Shown: positions 29,294 to 39,126, counted from the first letter of the stretch. The stretch is DNA of 64,000 nucleotides from a virus (IMGVR_UViG_3300021400_000529:32001-96000), one strand, 5' to 3'. Made by a program: numbers and translations. The notes: generated by a model not told the origin, from the sequence alone.

Positions 29294-29629
29294 TTACATT
29301 TCTTTGATTTCTATGTCTTCATCTGTAAAGACAAGTTCTTTGTAAGTTTCAGCTTCTTCTGTGTTGTCATCAGGGTATCCTAAGTATGTTATGGTTACTT
29401 GGTTGTTTTCTTCTTTGTTTTCAGGGTTGATTATGATTTCAAAGTGTGTGTTGTCATCTATTGTTCCTTTGAATACGTGTATTTTTGTGTTGTTTCTTGT
29501 TTCTTCTGTGTATTCTTGGAATGATTCTATTTTTGTTCCGAATGGGTTTTCGATGTTGTAGTTTAGTATGTTATCTTCCAGTTTTATGTTGGTGTTGAAT
29601 TTGTTGAGTAATTCTTTTAGTGTGGTCAT
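29294..29629 (-). CDS. zincin-partner (putative immunity/inhibitor) protein
   Basis: Start MTTLKELLNKFN at 29629 with AGGAG RBS. Confidence 0.75.
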   Translation of the reverse strand: MTTLKELLNKFNTNIKLEDNILNYNIENPFGTKIESFQEYTEETRNNTKIHVFKGTIDDNTHFEIIINPENKEENNQVTITYLGYPDDNTEEAETYKELVFTDEDIEIKEM

Positions 29630-29643
29630 ATTTTTTTTACTCC

Positions 29644-29976
29644 TTATTCCTTGGTTGGTAATGGTTTTCTCTGGTTTTCTGTGAATGGTTTCCATTCTTT
29701 GTATGGGAAGTTTTTTGTATGTTTTTGGTCCATTCTCCAGCTGGTTACTTTTACTTCTTCTTCATTTATTCGTTGGATTAGTAGTATTGCTATTCTGTCA
29801 TCATTGATTCTTAGCCATACATCTGGGTTTTCGGTGTTGGTGAATTCCATTATGTATCCTGTGTTGTCGATGTATGCTTTGTTGAATGTGTAATCACCGA
29901 TGTTTATGTTTTCAACTTTTTCTGAGTATCTGTAGAGTGCGTTGAATTTGTCTAATATTTGTTTTATGGTTGTCAT
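29644..29976 (-). CDS. zincin-partner family protein (second copy in tandem)
   Basis: MTTIKQILDKFN; AGGAGA RBS. Confidence 0.7.
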   Translation of the reverse strand: MTTIKQILDKFNALYRYSEKVENINIGDYTFNKAYIDNTGYIMEFTNTENPDVWLRINDDRIAILLIQRINEEEVKVTSWRMDQKHTKNFPYKEWKPFTENQRKPLPTKE

Positions 29977-30108
29977 ATTGGGTCATCTCCTATAAAATTT
30001 ATTTTTTTTTTATTTGTTATATATGTATGATGTTTATTGATATTTATATTTTATCTTTTATTATAGAATCTATTAATTAATTAATGTTGTGGTGAAATAG
30101 AAAAGAAA

Positions 30109-30828
30109 ATGGGAAAAAATAGAAAAACGGGTCAGACACCAAATGATGATGGTGCTCCGAGTAAAGAACCAAGCAAGGAATTTTTGATAAACCTTGCCAA
30201 GAAAATAGCAAAATGGGAATCATTCGGCCAAAATAATCCAACCCATGAAATGACTGAAGAAGAATTAGAATACATCAAGGAACATGAAGAAATACTTGAA
30301 TATGTGGACCGGTTTGGCAGACCCATAAATTCACTTTACAGAGTGGAAAGAGCTTATCATTTCACACCAGATGGTAGTAGTAGTATAGATGATATTCTGA
30401 AAAATTTACATAAAGGGGATATGTTAAGTTCCATTGATAATGACAAATCAAATTACCGCTCTTTTTCTGATGATGCTAAAGCTAATTACACATATCTTAG
30501 TGCAAACTGTCCATGGAGTAATGCTGTAATCATAAGAACTCATGGAAACATCTCCTATTTTGACCCACGGAAGTTAGCAGATGTGTACTCATCAGAAAAG
30601 GAAGTGTGGGTTAGTAAAAACAAGTTGAAGGTGGATAATCTTACAAGATTGCAAGGAAAAAATATCAGTGAAGAACTCCAACGAGAACTTGGCATCAACT
30701 CCGGCTATGATGTAGCACCAGAAGATGTTTTAATCATAGACGTATCCCCAGTGGGTGACAACTCTTATAGTAAACGAGAAGAAATGTGGGAACAAGTAAA
30801 ACGGAAATATCCAAGAGCATTTAAATAG
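30109..30828 (+). CDS. MGKNR-tagged ADP-ribosyltransferase-like protein
   Basis: LYRVE...YRSFSDD...SEKEVWV. Confidence 0.72.
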   Translation: MGKNRKTGQTPNDDGAPSKEPSKEFLINLAKKIAKWESFGQNNPTHEMTEEELEYIKEHEEILEYVDRFGRPINSLYRVERAYHFTPDGSSSIDDILKNLHKGDMLSSIDNDKSNYRSFSDDAKANYTYLSANCPWSNAVIIRTHGNISYFDPRKLADVYSSEKEVWVSKNKLKVDNLTRLQGKNISEELQRELGINSGYDVAPEDVLIIDVSPVGDNSYSKREEMWEQVKRKYPRAFK

Positions 30829-30839
30829 GTGTGTAAATT

Positions 30840-31385
30840 ATGGGTAAAAATAGGAAAACTGTCCCGAATAGTTATTCAAAAGAATTTTTTGATGGTTTAA
30901 ATAAAAAAATACGTGATTGGGTTGAATTTAGTTTTGGATATACACCTGATGATTATCTTACTGATGATGAATTAGACTTCATATTTCAACAGATGGAAAA
31001 TTCAGAAACCACTTTAACCAGAGTTGAGGAAGCAGAACGAAACTTTGAGAAAGAAGTGGAAGATGAAGATGGTTGGTACGATTTTGTTGAACCAAAAGTT
31101 GGTGATACATTTAATTTTAATGGAAAATTAAAGGCATTCAGTAAAACAGAAAAAGCAACAAGAGATTTTATGAGAAGGTATATGAAAGACAGAAAGAATC
31201 TTGTCATATATAGACTACCTAAAGGAACACAACACTTTGATGTGCAAAAATATGATAACTTTTTTGATGAGGAAAAGGAAAGTTGGGTAAAAAGTAAGGG
31301 ATATGTTATTACTGGTATTGAAGATGTTTCTAAACAGTTTGCTCACAAAAGGGTTCAAATAGTAGACTTAGAACCAATTAAATAA
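30840..31385 (+). CDS. MGKNR-tagged ADP-ribosyltransferase-like protein
   Basis: LTRVE...LKAFSKT...EEKESWV. Confidence 0.7.
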   Translation: MGKNRKTVPNSYSKEFFDGLNKKIRDWVEFSFGYTPDDYLTDDELDFIFQQMENSETTLTRVEEAERNFEKEVEDEDGWYDFVEPKVGDTFNFNGKLKAFSKTEKATRDFMRRYMKDRKNLVIYRLPKGTQHFDVQKYDNFFDEEKESWVKSKGYVITGIEDVSKQFAHKRVQIVDLEPIK

Positions 31386-31480
31386 CTGTTCAAATAACAA
31401 ATAGTGATTATTTTTTTATATTTGTATGTTTTATTATAAGCTTGATTTTTTTGTGGAGTTAATTAGGAGGTAAAGTTTTT

Positions 31481-31924
31481 ATGGAAAATAATGATTTGTT
31501 GTTAATTGATTTTTTTAAACCGGAAGGATTGCATGATAGAATTATTTTATATTATTCTAATGGTAATGTTGAGGAGATTCGTGGAAAAGAGTGGGATAAA
31601 AAACATTATGAGGATGTGGCTGGACAAGTGGCTGATGAAGATACTATTTTCCGGGTGACATATCTTTTGAAGGAGCATGTTGCTTTTCAACCAGTGAATA
31701 ACTGGTCTAAGAATGATTTGAAGAATCGGTTGACTCCTTGTTTGGTAATTGTTCCTAAGAAAGTGTTCATTGATGATTTTGGATTTGATATTGATACTAC
31801 GCCCGCATGGGAAAGACCTTGGCCATTGTATGATTTGTTATTGGGTCATGAACAAATAATTAAAATATATTATGGTGATTCTTTTGATGATATTCATGAA
31901 AAGATGATGGGAGTACTTGTTTAA
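31481..31924 (+). CDS. hypothetical protein
   Basis: AGGAGGT RBS, 147 aa. Confidence 0.75.
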   Translation: MENNDLLLIDFFKPEGLHDRIILYYSNGNVEEIRGKEWDKKHYEDVAGQVADEDTIFRVTYLLKEHVAFQPVNNWSKNDLKNRLTPCLVIVPKKVFIDDFGFDIDTTPAWERPWPLYDLLLGHEQIIKIYYGDSFDDIHEKMMGVLV

Positions 31925-31953
31925 TAATTTGGAATGGATAATGGTAAAGGGTT

Positions 31954-32496
31954 ATGGATTTTAAAAAGATAAAATTTGGTGAATTATCTCCTGCTGAATA
32001 TAATCCTCGGTTAATATCTGAAGATGAATTTAAGCGGTTGTGTTATAATTTAAAGGAGTTTGGACTTGTTGATCCGATAATTATTAATCTTAAAAATAAT
32101 CGGATTATTGGTGGTCATCAAAGATATTTGGCATTATCTGAATCAATTTCACAGGATATGGATATGAATGTGTTGTGTCTTGGTGATATTGGTTGGGTGT
32201 TTGAGGATAAGGATTTGTTGATAAAGGATGAACGGTATGAAAAGTCTTTGAATATTTCTCTTAATCGTTTGTCTGGTGAATGGGATTTGGATAAGTTATC
32301 TAAATTGTTGGAGGATATAGTGGATTCTGGTTTGGATAATAGATTGTCTGGGTTTCAGCCCTCTGATTTTGAATTGTATGGTGAACAGGAGGAAATTTCT
32401 TTTAATGAGGATTTGTTTGATTTGGATAAGGTGTATGCTCCTCCACATATGACTGTTTGTCCTCATTGTAATCATGAATTTTTTGAGGCTAATTAA
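31954..32496 (+). CDS. ParB/Srx N-terminal-domain protein with C-terminal zinc knuckle
   Basis: PAEYNPR...EFGLVDPIIIN...IIGGHQR; CPHCNHEF. Confidence 0.85.
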   Translation: MDFKKIKFGELSPAEYNPRLISEDEFKRLCYNLKEFGLVDPIIINLKNNRIIGGHQRYLALSESISQDMDMNVLCLGDIGWVFEDKDLLIKDERYEKSLNISLNRLSGEWDLDKLSKLLEDIVDSGLDNRLSGFQPSDFELYGEQEEISFNEDLFDLDKVYAPPHMTVCPHCNHEFFEAN

Positions 32497-32498
32497 AG

Positions 32499-33245
32499 AT
32501 GGATATTTATGCTACAGTTAGGCCAGAAGTGTTGGGTTATCTTAATAAAACTGATTTTTTTAAGGATAAACCTTTGAATTTTCTTTTCAAATTTAATAAT
32601 AATTCATATAATTATTTAACGGATTATTCTAATCTTAATATATTGGTGGATAGTGGGGCATATTATTTTAATGCTTATTCTCAGCAAACTGAAGGTGAGG
32701 AAACGTTTGAGTTTATTGCGAAGTATATGGATTTTATTCATGATACTTTAGATGATCCTCGGATGAGGGGTTATTTTGACATGGATTTGAGGCATATGGG
32801 TTTGCATAGGATAAAGAAGATCCGAAGTAAGTTGTTTAAAATCACTGATAAGATAATTCCGGTGTATCATATTTCTTGGGGTGAACATGAGTTTAAATGG
32901 ATGTGTAAGAAATATGATTATATTGGGTTTCCGTGTAGTTCTAATTGTGGTCCGGAGTATTTTATACCTTTTGTTAAGTATGCTCATAAGCATGATTGTA
33001 AAATTCATGGTTTGGGTATGGATAGGGATAAAGTTATGAATCTTGTTCCTTTTGATTCAACAGATAGTGCTTTATGGATAAGACGGTCGATAACTGAGGG
33101 TTATTATTATAATAAGCATATTCCTAAAAATTTGGAGAATAATACTAAGTATAAACAGATTTATGTTCGTAGGGAGATGCAGAATCAGATTGGTCGTCAA
33201 ATTTATTATAAAAAAAGATGGAATCAGTATAATACAGTGATATAG
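32499..33245 (+). CDS. TGT/DpdA-like (queuine/7-deazaguanine transglycosylase fold) protein
   Basis: ILVDSGAY, IIPVYH, KIHGLG, PFDSTDS; adjacent to queC. Confidence 0.6.
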   Translation: MDIYATVRPEVLGYLNKTDFFKDKPLNFLFKFNNNSYNYLTDYSNLNILVDSGAYYFNAYSQQTEGEETFEFIAKYMDFIHDTLDDPRMRGYFDMDLRHMGLHRIKKIRSKLFKITDKIIPVYHISWGEHEFKWMCKKYDYIGFPCSSNCGPEYFIPFVKYAHKHDCKIHGLGMDRDKVMNLVPFDSTDSALWIRRSITEGYYYNKHIPKNLENNTKYKQIYVRREMQNQIGRQIYYKKRWNQYNTVI

Positions 33246-33292
33246 TTAAACTATAATTTTTTTTTGTGTAAATACTTTTTTTTGGAGAATTT

Positions 33293-33952
33293 ATGATGAA
33301 AGTTGAAAAAATATACTTTTCAGATATACAACCTAGTGATTATAATCCTAGAAAAATAAGTCAAAATGAGATGTCTTCATTGTCACATAATTTAAAGGAG
33401 TTTGGACTTGTTGACCCTATAATAATTAACCTTAAAAACAATCATATTATTGGGGGTCATCAAAGATACAAAGTATTGGCAAGGAAGTATGGAGGAAATG
33501 AAAAATCCCAATTACACCTAATAAAACTAGGTGATATAGGATGGGTGTTTGAAGAAGATAAACTAACAATAAAAGATGAAGAACATGAAAAAGCATTAAA
33601 CCTTGCATTGAATAGGATAAAAGGTGAATGGGATTTTTCAAAATTATCACCAATCCTATATGACCTACGAAACTCGGATTTCAACACAAACTTAACCGGT
33701 TTCTCCACATTCGAAATAGATAAATTCACCATCCCCTCCGATTTAAACTTAGAATTCAATGAAATAGCAGAAATAGAAAAAGGGGAACGAAAACCAGAAA
33801 CAAACAATGATACTCCTGAAGAACAACAAGACACTTCCACAACAAACAATGAAACTGATGATGAACTAGAAAATGATGATGTACTGGTAAGTGCTGAGGA
33901 AATAGAACGATTACATAAACATAAATGTCCTAACTGCGGTTATGAATGGTAA
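33293..33952 (+). CDS. ParB/Srx N-terminal-domain protein with C-terminal zinc knuckle
   Basis: YNPRKIS...EFGLVDPIIINLKNNHIIGGHQR; CPNCGYEW; paralog of 31954. Confidence 0.85.
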   Translation: MMKVEKIYFSDIQPSDYNPRKISQNEMSSLSHNLKEFGLVDPIIINLKNNHIIGGHQRYKVLARKYGGNEKSQLHLIKLGDIGWVFEEDKLTIKDEEHEKALNLALNRIKGEWDFSKLSPILYDLRNSDFNTNLTGFSTFEIDKFTIPSDLNLEFNEIAEIEKGERKPETNNDTPEEQQDTSTTNNETDDELENDDVLVSAEEIERLHKHKCPNCGYEW

Positions 33953-33974
33953 TGTAAGGAGAGATGTGTGTTAT

Positions 33975-34736
33975 ATGGATTATAGTGTAGCTAATCAATA
34001 TGAGAAAGAAATAAAACAAAAACTACAAAACAAACAATCAATGTCAAACCAAGAAATATTAGATGACATAACAAGAATTGACCTGAAACCTTCCCTCCTG
34101 ATTATGAGTGGTGGGTTAGATACTACAACTCTTTTATACTATTTGTGGGAAAAGTTAGTTCCTATTGAAGTGTTGAGTGTGGATTATGGTCAAGAGGGTT
34201 TGAAGGAACTGGATTATGTAAAACGCCATTGTGAAAAGTTGGGTGTGAAATATCATACGGTGAAAATATCTGACTTGGATGTGGCTGGTAACCTTGCAAG
34301 TGGTTGTGATAAAGTTAATGATGGTTCTACTCTTATTCCTAACCGTAATAGTATGTTTTTAAGTATTGGTGTAAGTTATGCTTTGCAGCATGGAATGGAA
34401 CGTGTGTATTATGGTGCGATAGATTGTGATCCGGCTTATTGTGATTGTCAACCTTTGTATGTGCATTATTTTAATATGCTTAATATGGTGTGTGATTTGA
34501 GGGAAGTACAGATTAAAGCACCTTTTATTGATAAGTCTAAAAGGGAAGTTATGGATATTGCTATGGAATTGGGTTTGGATTTGAATGATACTTGGACTTG
34601 TTTATGTGGTGGTGAGAAACAGTGTGGTGTTTGTGAAGCTTGTAGAACAAGGAAAGAAGCAGAACAGGAATATGTGAATTATTTAAATAAAAAGGTACGT
34701 TCTGTTCAAAGTAGTTTAAACAATTATGAAAAATAG
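33975..34736 (+). CDS. queC: 7-cyano-7-deazaguanine synthase QueC
   Basis: SGGLDT PP-loop, DYGQ, IPNRNSMFLS, DC.P, TWTC...CGVCEAC zinc site; likely start ATG 33975. Confidence 0.88.
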   Translation: MDYSVANQYEKEIKQKLQNKQSMSNQEILDDITRIDLKPSLLIMSGGLDTTTLLYYLWEKLVPIEVLSVDYGQEGLKELDYVKRHCEKLGVKYHTVKISDLDVAGNLASGCDKVNDGSTLIPNRNSMFLSIGVSYALQHGMERVYYGAIDCDPAYCDCQPLYVHYFNMLNMVCDLREVQIKAPFIDKSKREVMDIAMELGLDLNDTWTCLCGGEKQCGVCEACRTRKEAEQEYVNYLNKKVRSVQSSLNNYEK

Positions 34737-34765
34737 TTGCTGATTGGAAATGTGGGGTGTTACTT

Positions 34766-35464
34766 ATGGGAAAGAATAGACATAATATAAACAATCCTTC
34801 AGTGTATGAATTGGAGCAAGGACTGCCGTTTCCTCCAAGTGCACATAGAATAATACCTACTGATGGTCATTCACCAGAATGGATGGATGCTTTTATTCAA
34901 CACATGGCTTTATGGGTAAATTTTGGTGCATTTGACCCAAATAATGGATTTTCTAAAGAAGAAAGGGAGTACATACTCAAAAACATGGAACCTTTGTCAG
35001 AATCATACCGGAAACAAAAGTTACTTTGGGGTGAGACTGATCCTGATATGTTTCGGGCACCGACTGTATTAGTAAGGATTGAAAAACAACATCACTTTAA
35101 TAAACAAAATTTAAAAAAAGGGGATAAATTGTCATCTAATCATGAATTAAGAAGTTTCAGTAGGGATGAAAGATTACCCTCTCACCTTATGGATGAGTAT
35201 ACTGGAAAATATGAGGGTGGTGCTACCATATACATCATAAAGGGAGACACAAAACAATATGATGTAAATTACCTTGAACCATTTCAAGGAGAAAAGGAAT
35301 CTTTTGTTGATTCAAACTCCTTAGTTGTTTCAGATACTAAAAAGTATCGGGGCAGTAATGAAAAAATGGTGGATAGAATATATGATGATTATGGTATTGA
35401 TTTGAGTAGTGCTCGTAACCTTCCTTCAAACATAAGAATAGTGGAGTTAACCCAAGAAAACTGA
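34766..35464 (+). CDS. MGKNR-tagged ADP-ribosyltransferase-like protein
   Basis: True start ATG 34766; LVRIE...LRSFSRD...GEKESFV. Confidence 0.72.
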   Translation: MGKNRHNINNPSVYELEQGLPFPPSAHRIIPTDGHSPEWMDAFIQHMALWVNFGAFDPNNGFSKEEREYILKNMEPLSESYRKQKLLWGETDPDMFRAPTVLVRIEKQHHFNKQNLKKGDKLSSNHELRSFSRDERLPSHLMDEYTGKYEGGATIYIIKGDTKQYDVNYLEPFQGEKESFVDSNSLVVSDTKKYRGSNEKMVDRIYDDYGIDLSSARNLPSNIRIVELTQEN

Positions 35465-35527
35465 ACCAATCAAACAATAAAAAAATAATGGGATAATGGA
35501 AAAAAGGGTGTAGATTAGGAGTATATT

Positions 35528-36055
35528 ATGGGTAAAAATAGGAAAAGAAATGGTGGACAAACAAGTCCTGGAGAAAACACAAGACCGTTTGATAATAGAA
35601 CAATAGATGAAATAAATAATGATGCTGTAAACAAAGCACTAGTTGAGGAAAACTTTGAAAACATAGAATTAGAAGCACTAGAATATGAAGCTAACCAAGG
35701 AAACTTCATTATAACGAACATGGATTCCAGTTCAGATGATGAAACTTACAAATTAGTAAATCCACGAAAAGACTATCAACAAGTAACAGTGGATAGGGGA
35801 AGCAACAGAATGTTACTAATGAATCGTGAAAGTGGAGATAGTGGTTTAGGAGATATACTTTCTAAAATAGATGAACATGTGGGTCAAAACACACGAAATA
35901 TAAACGTAGTCTTTGACCCTTACTTAGAACAGAATGGTGAAGGATTCATAATAAGAAATGGACCAGACCTTGTAATAAACAGTGCATACATGGATGGATC
36001 AAGCACATCCGAAATAAATGATTTACTTGATGATTACTTTAACAAGTATGGTTAG
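35528..36055 (+). CDS. MGKNR-tagged acidic protein, possibly a truncated zincin lacking HExxH
   Basis: DLVINSAY echoes EVVINSSSF/SVAINSSVF of the zincins, but the following helix lacks HExxH. Confidence 0.7.
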   Translation: MGKNRKRNGGQTSPGENTRPFDNRTIDEINNDAVNKALVEENFENIELEALEYEANQGNFIITNMDSSSDDETYKLVNPRKDYQQVTVDRGSNRMLLMNRESGDSGLGDILSKIDEHVGQNTRNINVVFDPYLEQNGEGFIIRNGPDLVINSAYMDGSSTSEINDLLDDYFNKYG

Positions 36056-36094
36056 AGGATAATATGAGTAAACTATGAGTGGTGATGGTAATAT

Positions 36095-36988
36095 ATGGGT
36101 AAAAATAGGAAAAGTGGTGGTAGTGGTGGTGGAAACCAGCCTTCTGATGATGAATTAACATGGCAATCCGTAAAAGATGATCCTGAAAAAATTGCGGAGT
36201 TAACTGGTTGGAAATTCACCAAGTATGGTGATGGCAGTTATGATTTTTATGACAAAGAAAATGATTTTCATCTTAAATTAACTGCTCAAACATTAGAAGA
36301 ATTAAAAGATGCACCACTCATGCTTAACAGGATGGTAAAAATAGTTTATAACTTGCCAGATATGAATAAGCAGGTAACACCGAGTATGTATATTATATCT
36401 CCACCACCATATAGGAATGGAGTTTATGGTCAACATATGTCTATCCAGAATAAATATACTAAGGAAGTGCTTGGTCATAGTGTAGCAATTAACTCATCAG
36501 TATTCACAGAAGATGATGATGAAGTTACAAGGATTATGTTACATGAAACTAATCATGCACTTGATTATATTATGGGTGGACTTAAAGACAAAACCAGTAT
36601 TTCCCATTCACGTGAGTTTAAAAATGCTCTTAAATTAGATGGTCCATCCACAGATTATGGTGAATCAACAAAGTATAAAATAAATAAAAATGGTATTATC
36701 ACTGGAGAGTATTCAGAGAGGAGTTTGTATACTAAAGGTTCTAAGTGGTTGACTGAGAATTATGCTGAAGCTGGAAGTATTGTGCAACTTAAAAGATTAG
36801 GGTATGGTTCATCTGAGATTGAATTGCCTGGTGGTAAGTATGTGACGGTTGATGATTGGTGTGAATCTCATAGTCATGTTTATAATGTGGTTAATGATTT
36901 CCTTGATGATTATGATATGAATAATTATGGTAAACCTAATGTTAGTCATGAGATGATTGATAAGCGGTATTCTAATAATATTATTTAG
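36095..36988 (+). CDS. MGKNR-tagged zincin metallopeptidase
   Basis: HETNHALD...STDYG...ENYAE. Confidence 0.8.
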   Translation: MGKNRKSGGSGGGNQPSDDELTWQSVKDDPEKIAELTGWKFTKYGDGSYDFYDKENDFHLKLTAQTLEELKDAPLMLNRMVKIVYNLPDMNKQVTPSMYIISPPPYRNGVYGQHMSIQNKYTKEVLGHSVAINSSVFTEDDDEVTRIMLHETNHALDYIMGGLKDKTSISHSREFKNALKLDGPSTDYGESTKYKINKNGIITGEYSERSLYTKGSKWLTENYAEAGSIVQLKRLGYGSSEIELPGGKYVTVDDWCESHSHVYNVVNDFLDDYDMNNYGKPNVSHEMIDKRYSNNII

Positions 36989-37305
36989 TTGTTTGTGGTT
37001 ATTTCATAGTTTTCGTCAAGTATTGTGCTGGTGTATACTGGTGTTTTACTGTCTTCTGTGTGTATGATTTCTGTCCATGATGGTGGTGTGTTTAAGTCGA
37101 GTATGTTTTCGATTTTTACTAGTTTTCCGTCTACTTTGTTTTCTGTGGTGAATACGTGGATTGTTTTTCCTTCTATTGTTTCCTTGTGGTATTCTCCATA
37201 TGTTTTGATGGGTTCTCCTAGTTGGTAATTTAGTACATGTTCTGGAATATCATTTTCTGGTGTTATTTTGTAATGTTTAATTAAATCTTTTATTGTTTTT
37301 ATCAT
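36985..37305 (-). CDS. zincin-partner (putative immunity/inhibitor) protein
   Basis: MIKTIKDLIKHYKI...YGEYHKETIEGKTIHVF; stop overlaps the zincin stop. Confidence 0.75.
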   Translation of the reverse strand: MIKTIKDLIKHYKITPENDIPEHVLNYQLGEPIKTYGEYHKETIEGKTIHVFTTENKVDGKLVKIENILDLNTPPSWTEIIHTEDSKTPVYTSTILDENYEITTNN

Positions 37306-37461
37306 TTCTTTCAGCCTCAAATTATTTTATTTTTTTATTTGGTTGGTATGTATGTTGTTTTAATTATTTAATTGTTAAGGATTTTATTATAAAATGGTAT
37401 GATGTTAAAGGTTGTGTGTTTTATAAATAGTGATAATGGAAAGTAATGGTGGTTTTTTGTT

Positions 37462-38121
37462 ATGTCAAATGAAGATAATGATGAATATAATTATGATGAA
37501 AGAATTAAGAATGAAACTGTGAAAGCTTTTGCTTATTTTAACACTTACTTGGAGTTAGGACCAAATCGTTCACTGAGTAAAGTACGAGAGAAACATAATA
37601 ATGATATTAGTTTACATCAGTTAAAGAATTATAGTAAAAAATATCATTGGGTTTCCAGAGCAAACAAGAAAGATGAAGATGACTTACAAGTACATAAGGA
37701 AAAGTTACGAGAGGAACAGGAACAGTACTTTGATAAGAGAATGGAACAACTTGACCAGTATCATCAAGCAACAGATGCTGTTCTTGGTCAATTGATGGTT
37801 GACCTCGGACTTATTCCAAATCCAAAAACAAAAGAGTTCGAACCCAATGACCGTGTGAACAGTACTACAGTTGCCAACAGTATTCAAAGTCTTACTAATG
37901 CTAATGCTGTAACTACTAAATTAGCTCTTCGTTTCCTTGGTTTACCAGAGCAAGTTAATGATACACAGGAAGTGGAAGTTAAAGCTGATGTTTCCACAGA
38001 TTATAATGAGGAGTTGAATAAACGGTATGCTGAGTTTAGTGAATCCATCATGGACAAAGCATTCATTAACAAACAGTTAGATTTGATAGATAAAATGATT
38101 GAAAACAAGAATAAGCAATAA
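37462..38121 (+). CDS. probable terminase small subunit
   Basis: AFAYFNTYLELGPNRSLSKV...YHWVSRA HTH-like N-terminus plus coiled coil; lies upstream of portal and TerL. Confidence 0.6.
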   Translation: MSNEDNDEYNYDERIKNETVKAFAYFNTYLELGPNRSLSKVREKHNNDISLHQLKNYSKKYHWVSRANKKDEDDLQVHKEKLREEQEQYFDKRMEQLDQYHQATDAVLGQLMVDLGLIPNPKTKEFEPNDRVNSTTVANSIQSLTNANAVTTKLALRFLGLPEQVNDTQEVEVKADVSTDYNEELNKRYAEFSESIMDKAFINKQLDLIDKMIENKNKQ

Positions 38122-38136
38122 TTTTTAGGGTAGACA

Positions 38137-39126
38137 ATGGGTAAAAATAGGAAAAGTGCTGGTGGTGGTGCTGGAGAACCAATTCCCACTGAACCAGAAA
38201 TAGATTATTCAGAACAAAACAATGAAGTGTTCCAAGAAATATGTAAAGAAAAGGGTGTTGGACCTAAAGCTAAACAAAAATTAATAGAAATTTTAGAATT
38301 TTGTAATGACAACAACCTAGAATTAACTAAAGGTATAACAATATCATCTCCTAAAAAAGATAATCCTTGGTTTAAGTATGGTGGAACTGCACGGGCAACT
38401 ATTGTTGACAAGGAAACCGGTAAGAAAATCAGTATTTTTGATGACATGCTCAAAGGAAAAAATGCTGATGAATTATCCAAAGAATCATTGGATAACCTGT
38501 TAAAAGGTATACGGTATGAATATGAACATACAAACCCAGAATTCCATAATCTGTATTCTGACATTTTGTTAACAAACCATCGTTTAATACAGGATAGTGG
38601 TAAATGGGTTGCTAGTGGTGGATACGCATTCTTTGACCCGGTAGTACCGAATGCAATTACTATTAGAAGTAGTATGTTGGGTAAACAAGATTTCACTAAA
38701 CTGGGTAAAAATTCATATGGTCATCAATGGAATGAAAACTCTGTTAAAAAGATGGCCGCCACTATTGCTCATGAAAATGGTCATGCTTATGATTATCATG
38801 TGATTGGTAAGGGTACTGGTACTGACCAACCTTCTATTTTCACTGAACATGGACGAAATACTAATACTATTGGTCCATGCTCTTATGCTACAGATGTTCC
38901 TGGTGAAACAATTTCAACAGTCTGTGAGATGGTTATTAATAGAAGAGTTAGAAGTGATGCTAATTTGAGTGATGGCACGAGTATTGATGATGCGTACCAT
39001 GATAAGTATGGTAAATGGCCATCTTCTGTGCCTTCTGCTACGGAGAGTAAGAGAATGTATGAAATATGGTCCAATGATCCACAGTGGGCTCCTTTGATTG
39101 CTGAAGTTGAAGGGTTTATGTTATAA
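38137..39126 (+). CDS. MGKNR-tagged zincin metallopeptidase
   Basis: HENGHAYD...CSYA...GET. Confidence 0.78.
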   Translation: MGKNRKSAGGGAGEPIPTEPEIDYSEQNNEVFQEICKEKGVGPKAKQKLIEILEFCNDNNLELTKGITISSPKKDNPWFKYGGTARATIVDKETGKKISIFDDMLKGKNADELSKESLDNLLKGIRYEYEHTNPEFHNLYSDILLTNHRLIQDSGKWVASGGYAFFDPVVPNAITIRSSMLGKQDFTKLGKNSYGHQWNENSVKKMAATIAHENGHAYDYHVIGKGTGTDQPSIFTEHGRNTNTIGPCSYATDVPGETISTVCEMVINRRVRSDANLSDGTSIDDAYHDKYGKWPSSVPSATESKRMYEIWSNDPQWAPLIAEVEGFML

